NCBI GenBank assembly: GCA_963698905.1
Contig: CAVOSP010000003.1
Span: 1,623,126 to 1,687,125, forward strand
From: Pirellulaceae bacterium
GTDB taxonomy: Bacteria; Planctomycetota; Planctomycetia; Pirellulales; Pirellulaceae
Direction of reading: 5' to 3'
DNA length: 64,000 bases
Numbering within the stretch: position 1 is the first letter of the stretch; every line of letters begins with the position of its first letter. Below the pieces are notes generated by a model, which made no database searches, had not been told where the DNA came from, and worked only from the letters and a program-made list of their open reading frames with translations. The position numbers were made by a program, and so were the translations under genes. Below are positions 59,887 to 64,000 of this stretch, piece after piece.

Positions 59887-60795
59887 TCACCGCTCGCCGT
59901 GGTCACTCTCGAGCTCTGGCGAAATGATCGATCGATGGCGGCTGATCCAGACACTGCACGGGGCATGACGCAGGACGAATCTGGAGACACTGCCTAGCAT
60001 GATTCTTTCGATCAGTCCGCGTGGCGTTTCGCCAACGACGACCAGGTCGGTTTCTTGCTGCTCCAGATGTCGAACCAGTCCTTCGCCGATGTGCTCATTC
60101 TCAATGAATCTTGCCCTGGCGCCCGGTGCGGAATGCTGAATATGCTCGATAGCCCGATCGACGGCGCTGCGACGCGCTTTGATCGTTTCCGAGTCTGCTG
60201 CGATGCGCCGCGAAAAACCTTCTATGTACGCCGATACCGAAACAATTTCGACTTCGGTTTGTGGATCCCAAGTGAATTCGCTGAACTGTTGTAAAGCGTA
60301 TTGTGCCGGTTCGGTATCTTGATATCCGATCACCACCCGCAGCGGCCTCTGTTGATCTTGCTGAACGCGCGGCCGCACGACCAGAACGCTGCAATCAGCA
60401 TGCGTCGCTACGTAGTCACTGGTGCCACCGAGCAAAACGCGACTGAGGTAGGATCGACCTCGCGCACCGACGACAACTAGTTCCGCATCGTTTTCGCTTG
60501 CGACTTGGACGATCGTTTCGGCGATCGACCCTTTTCGCAGTTCGTGTACGACGCTCGCGTCGGAACCGCCGAACAGCTGCTGGACAGATCGATAAGTCTC
60601 GATCGCGGCGCTCCGCTCCGCTTTGGTCTGCTCAGCACCCCAACCGGCAGCCCGGTCGTCGGGATGCAAATAGGAAGGCTCGATCACGGTCAGCACGGTA
60701 ACCTTGATCGAATTGTCGCGAGCCAGGCGTGCCAGGAACCGAGCAGCTTCGGCGGAATCGCGCGACCCGTCGACTGCCAAAAGAACCTCTCTCAT
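59887..60795 (-). CDS. tandem universal stress protein (two USP domains)
   Basis: ATG 60795 is preceded by AGGAGGTG. LLAVDGSRDS ... GGTSDYVATHADCSVLVV and a second copy, LGSVSRFVLRHAPCSVWI. Confidence 0.85.
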   Translation of the reverse strand: MREVLLAVDGSRDSAEAARFLARLARDNSIKVTVLTVIEPSYLHPDDRAAGWGAEQTKAERSAAIETYRSVQQLFGGSDASVVHELRKGSIAETIVQVASENDAELVVVGARGRSYLSRVLLGGTSDYVATHADCSVLVVRPRVQQDQQRPLRVVIGYQDTEPAQYALQQFSEFTWDPQTEVEIVSVSAYIEGFSRRIAADSETIKARRSAVDRAIEHIQHSAPGARARFIENEHIGEGLVRHLEQQETDLVVVGETPRGLIERIMLGSVSRFVLRHAPCSVWISRHRSIISPELESDHGER

Positions 60796-61051
60796 TTCGC
60801 ACCTCCTAGGCCTTTGCGAGGGCACCGGCTGGCTCGCCGGCGATCTTATAGGCCTGACCAAGTTCTGCCATGATAGCAAATCGGCGAGCTGCGGATCCAG
60901 ATAACAGGTCATCTGATCTGGCGGGCGATCACCGCTGTTGCGTCGGCGCGCCGGATTTGGATATATCCCAAAAGTCGATGCAATCGGTGGTCGATCACTA
61001 TCCAGGCATCGTAGCGCGTGCAGTCACGATTCCATGCCCGAGGCCTTCCAG

Positions 61052-61615
61052 ATGAGATGCCACAGAAATCCGCTTTGTTCCGTTCGAGTGCTGGGACTGA
61101 TGGCTTTGATTGGCGGCGGCGCTGCCGTGTCAGCCTGGGCCGATCCGCCTGGCAGCAGTGCCCGATCGGCAATCACAACCCCTGACCATGGTGCGGCTCC
61201 GGTGAAAACCAAGAATCTGGCCGTGACCCCAATCGAAGCCGAAGCAGGCGTGTTGATGCAAGCCAAGCTTTCCAGCTCAAAAAAACTGCTCGAAGGTCTG
61301 TTGCGACGCGACTTTGATTCGATCGCCCGTGCTGCGCGAGAAATGAAACGAATCAGCCAAGCGACCGAGTGGCCGCGTCCGCGCGACGAAGTCTACGAAC
61401 ATTTTAGCGCTGAGTTTCAACGACAGTGCAATCAATTGGAATCGCAGGCCAACGAGCTGAATCACGAAGGAATCAAGTTCACCTATTTGCATATGACGAC
61501 CACTTGCATCAATTGCCATGAATACATCCGCGATTCGCGGCGGATGGCGGAGCTAAATGACCCCAGTAACGTCAGGCCGATCCCCTCACAATGGCCGCAG
61601 AGTCAGCTTCGATGA
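61052..61615 (+). CDS. cytochrome c'-like (class II, four-helix) haem protein, copy 1
   Basis: Signal peptide, helical body, and a single C-proximal haem site CINCHEYIRD (the C-x-x-C-H-x-x-I/Y-R pattern of class II cytochromes c). The start is ATG 61052 or 61034. Confidence 0.7.
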   Translation: MRCHRNPLCSVRVLGLMALIGGGAAVSAWADPPGSSARSAITTPDHGAAPVKTKNLAVTPIEAEAGVLMQAKLSSSKKLLEGLLRRDFDSIARAAREMKRISQATEWPRPRDEVYEHFSAEFQRQCNQLESQANELNHEGIKFTYLHMTTTCINCHEYIRDSRRMAELNDPSNVRPIPSQWPQSQLR

Positions 61616-62127
61616 TACGCCACTCTCAGTCATGGTTCAGCGGTTTGGCGACCTTGTTGATCGCCGCAGCATGGATGGTTGCGTCAGCGAACTTCGTGGC
61701 GTCCGCCGAGCCAGCCGAAATCCAAGCTCCACCCACCGTGTTGATTCACGATCACGCCGGCTTTCAAATGCGCGCCAAGCTGACCAGGTCCAAGGAAATC
61801 TTGGAGGCCTTGCTGCGGCGAGATTTTGACTCGGTTTCACGGGCAGCGCGGGAGCTGAAGCGGATCAGCGAGGCAACGAAATGGCCGCGGCGGGGCGATC
61901 AACAATACGAGCGATACAACGATCAATTTCGGCAGCAATGCAGCCAACTTGATTCACTGGCCAATGAACTGAATCACGAAGGGGTCGAATTCGTTTATCT
62001 GAACATGATTTCGACCTGCGTTGGCTGCCACGACCACATCCGCGATTTCCGGCGCGACGCTGATTCGCCACAGGCCGGCACTATCGAAGTGACCACGCCG
62101 AGACAGCGTCTGCGAAACCCGCACTGA
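61612..62127 (+). CDS. cytochrome c'-like haem protein, copy 2 (tandem paralogue)
   Basis: Clear paralogy with copy 1: LLRRDFDS(I/V)(A/S)RAARE(M/L)KRIS(Q/E)AT(E/K)WPR ... NELNHEG(I/V)(K/E)F ... CVGCHDHIRD. ATG 61612 overlaps the upstream stop (ATGA). Confidence 0.7.
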   Translation: MIRHSQSWFSGLATLLIAAAWMVASANFVASAEPAEIQAPPTVLIHDHAGFQMRAKLTRSKEILEALLRRDFDSVSRAARELKRISEATKWPRRGDQQYERYNDQFRQQCSQLDSLANELNHEGVEFVYLNMISTCVGCHDHIRDFRRDADSPQAGTIEVTTPRQRLRNPH

Positions 62128-62174
62128 GATGTCATTACGGCGGTAGCTCGAAGCGACCGGAGCCTCACGATCTG

Positions 62175-62822
62175 CTAGGGGGCGAGTCGCTGTCGCTCCC
62201 AAGACGCTTGCCCGTCCGACTCAAGGCTCTGGTACTCAATTCTGTCGTGCAGCCGCTGGGCTCCTCCCTGCCAAAACTCGAAACGCCGCGGTTTGACTCG
62301 ATAACCGCCCCAGAAATTCGGTAGGGGAACTGAACCCTCGGAAAATCGATTCTTGACTTCGGCGAGCTTGGCTTCCAACAGGCTGCGGTTGGAAATGACT
62401 TGGCTTTGCGCTGAGACCCAGGCGCCCAGTTGGCTGCCATGGGGCCGTTTCAGAAAGTAGCGCAGCGATTCCGATTTGGAAACTTTGATTGCCTCGCCGC
62501 TGATCTCGACTTGCCGGCTGAGCGGCAACCATTGAAACAACAGGCAGACATTCTGGTTTTCGGCAATGTGTCGCCCTTTGCGGCTTTCGTAATTGGTAAA
62601 GAAAACCAGCCCCTGTTGGTCAAAGTACTTTAACAACACGGTTCGCTGTGCCGGACGCCCCTGGGAGTCGACGGTGGCCAGGACCATGGCATTGGGTTCG
62701 AGCAGTTCCGCTTTCAGTGCTTCGGCGAACCAATGCTCGAACTGCACAAATGCATCTTCATCCGTCGAATCGATATCGAGCGGCCGATTCGCGTATTCTT
62801 TTCGAAGCGCGGACAGATCCAT
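62175..62822 (-). CDS. pdxH: pyridoxamine 5'-phosphate oxidase
   Basis: RTVLLKYFDQQGLVFFTNYESRKG ... WGGYRVKPRRFEFWQGGAQRLHDRIEY, the canonical PdxH motifs. Confidence 0.95.
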   Translation of the reverse strand: MDLSALRKEYANRPLDIDSTDEDAFVQFEHWFAEALKAELLEPNAMVLATVDSQGRPAQRTVLLKYFDQQGLVFFTNYESRKGRHIAENQNVCLLFQWLPLSRQVEISGEAIKVSKSESLRYFLKRPHGSQLGAWVSAQSQVISNRSLLEAKLAEVKNRFSEGSVPLPNFWGGYRVKPRRFEFWQGGAQRLHDRIEYQSLESDGQASWERQRLAP

Positions 62823-62838
62823 GGTTACCTGACAAGAC

Positions 62839-63267
62839 TTAGATGTGGCCGCTGTGCGAACGTTCGGCGAGATTCATCAGCACTTTCGAGCCCGCCATCA
62901 ATATCACTTCTCCCGATTCATTGGCCACCCGAATTTGACCAACGTCTATTTGACCGGGTATTTGGTAAAAAATGTAACCGGCCGAATCTAAAGACAACAA
63001 CTTGATTCGCTTTTCATCTTTGCGAATCACCATGCCGCTGGAGAGATCACGAACGAAGGTATATCCCTCCAACTTCAACAACTCGTGGTCGCAAGCAATG
63101 ATTTGGCCGACGAAGAATCTTGATTCGTCATGTTGAAACATTCGCCGATGCGAAACCAAAACCGTATCTCCAATTTCAACTAACATCCAACTTTCTCCCA
63201 TACAAGCGGTTCTTGGTTGACTCAAAAAGTAGAGGGCACGGTGAATCTCGATGCCATCGGCTTTCAA
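62839..63267 (-). CDS. hypothetical protein
   Basis: 142-aa ORF with possible internal starts at 63201 and 63186. No recognisable motif. Confidence 0.45.
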   Translation of the reverse strand: MKADGIEIHRALYFLSQPRTACMGESWMLVEIGDTVLVSHRRMFQHDESRFFVGQIIACDHELLKLEGYTFVRDLSSGMVIRKDEKRIKLLSLDSAGYIFYQIPGQIDVGQIRVANESGEVILMAGSKVLMNLAERSHSGHI

Positions 63268-63483
63268 ATCGACTACGCGCCCTTTGAGTTGAACTTCCCG
63301 GCGCGTGATTGTCCAGACTGTGCGGAGCTACAGACAGAAAGAAAGGCCCGACGCGAGCGCGATTGGCCCGATCAACCGACGGCCTACGAGTGACTCATTG
63401 CTGATGGGCGTTTTGCTCTACAATTGGCTCCGTCGGCGGACTTTTCGGCGGTCGCGACCAAGCGTGCAAGATTGGAGAAAAAA

Positions 63484-64000
63484 ATGCTGCGACAACGCGA
63501 TTGTGATCGATTGATCTTACCCGTTTCATGCTTTGCCTTACTTACTGTTGCTGTCGCGCAGGTCGTCGCGGAGGAGACACGAAACGAGCTATCGGTTTTG
63601 ATGGAGATCGACGATTCGATTCTGGACAACGTCGAATTGCGGCCCGGCGATTGGCTCTCTCACGGTCGGGATTCCGGCGAACAGCGTTTCAGTCCTCTCG
63701 ACCAGATCAGCGCCGAAAACGTCGCACGGCTTGGACTTGCCTGGTCGTACGCAACCGGGACGAGGCGAGGACTTGAAGCAACGCCGCTTGTGGTCGACGG
63801 CGTGATGTATACCAGCGGCGCGTGGAGCAAGGTGTATGCGATTGATGCTCGGACGGGAAAAAAGATATGGTCGTACGATCCTGAGATCGATGGCAAATAT
63901 GGAGCACGCGCTTGTTGCGATGTCGTGAATCGCGGCGTCGCAGTTTACAAAGGTAAAGTGATTGTCGCTGCGCTTGACGGACGATTGATCGCGCTCGACG
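63484..64000 (+). CDS. PQQ-dependent alcohol/sugar dehydrogenase (quinoprotein), 3' end outside the window
   Basis: My own translation from ATG 63484 gives a signal peptide followed by GLEATPLVVDGVMYTSGAWSKVYAIDARTGKKIWSYDP and ARACCDVVNRGVAVY. The vicinal Cys-Cys is characteristic of PQQ alcohol dehydrogenases. The frame is open to the window end. Confidence 0.9.
   Translation, partial: MLRQRDCDRLILPVSCFALLTVAVAQVVAEETRNELSVLMEIDDSILDNVELRPGDWLSHGRDSGEQRFSPLDQISAENVARLGLAWSYATGTRRGLEATPLVVDGVMYTSGAWSKVYAIDARTGKKIWSYDPEIDGKYGARACCDVVNRGVAVYKGKVIVAALDGRLIALD

Noticed and set aside
1-64000. tRNA or rRNA genes.
   Set aside because: I scanned the intergenic regions for T-loop-like GGTTCGAAT/GGTTCAAAT-type motifs and cloverleaf context. 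Only chance partial matches inside coding regions were seen.

Overview
This is a 64-kb chromosomal segment of moderately high GC content, judged by eye. The gene content and protein style suggest Planctomycetota, probably a Pirellulales-like organism: large DsbD-type and YfhO-type membrane proteins, PEGA and BON proteins, secreted low-complexity proteins rich in Gly/Arg or Pro/Ala, and RND and MacB-type pumps without an outer-membrane factor gene. This taxonomic placement is inference only. I can support about 55 protein-coding genes, and most are housekeeping or ordinary accessory metabolism. They include rlmKL, aroK, dnaG-rpoD, polX, sufU-sufS, mnmE, pdxH and pfk. Transport and envelope genes include an aquaporin, a MacB-like ABC/HlyD tripartite pump, a CzcBA-like RND pump, a Na/Pi cotransporter, a DASS symporter and a DsbD-like reductase. 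Signalling genes include a Ser/Thr kinase, an HD-GYP protein, a receiver-HATPase fusion, CBS and USP proteins, two tandem cytochrome c'-like genes, and a PQQ alcohol dehydrogenase cut off at the 3' edge. I recognised no rRNA, tRNA, CRISPR array, transposase, integrase or phage gene, and no classical defence system. I do not see a convincing novel multi-gene system here. The observations worth a second look are listed below.
- Six conserved genes, including the essential dnaG and mnmE, are interrupted by single-base frameshifts, mostly at short homopolymers. This looks like assembly error rather than biology.
- A graded 15-bp x ~10.5 tandem array lies upstream of a lipoprotein-methyltransferase-LarE-kinase operon. 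A 14-bp x 3.5 array with a similar core sits elsewhere.
- An orphan C-terminal remnant of an RND permease abuts a Na/Pi transporter gene.
- A loose cluster is rich in adenine-nucleotide-sensing CBS and USP modules.
- A ~470-bp G-rich intergenic region remains unexplained.
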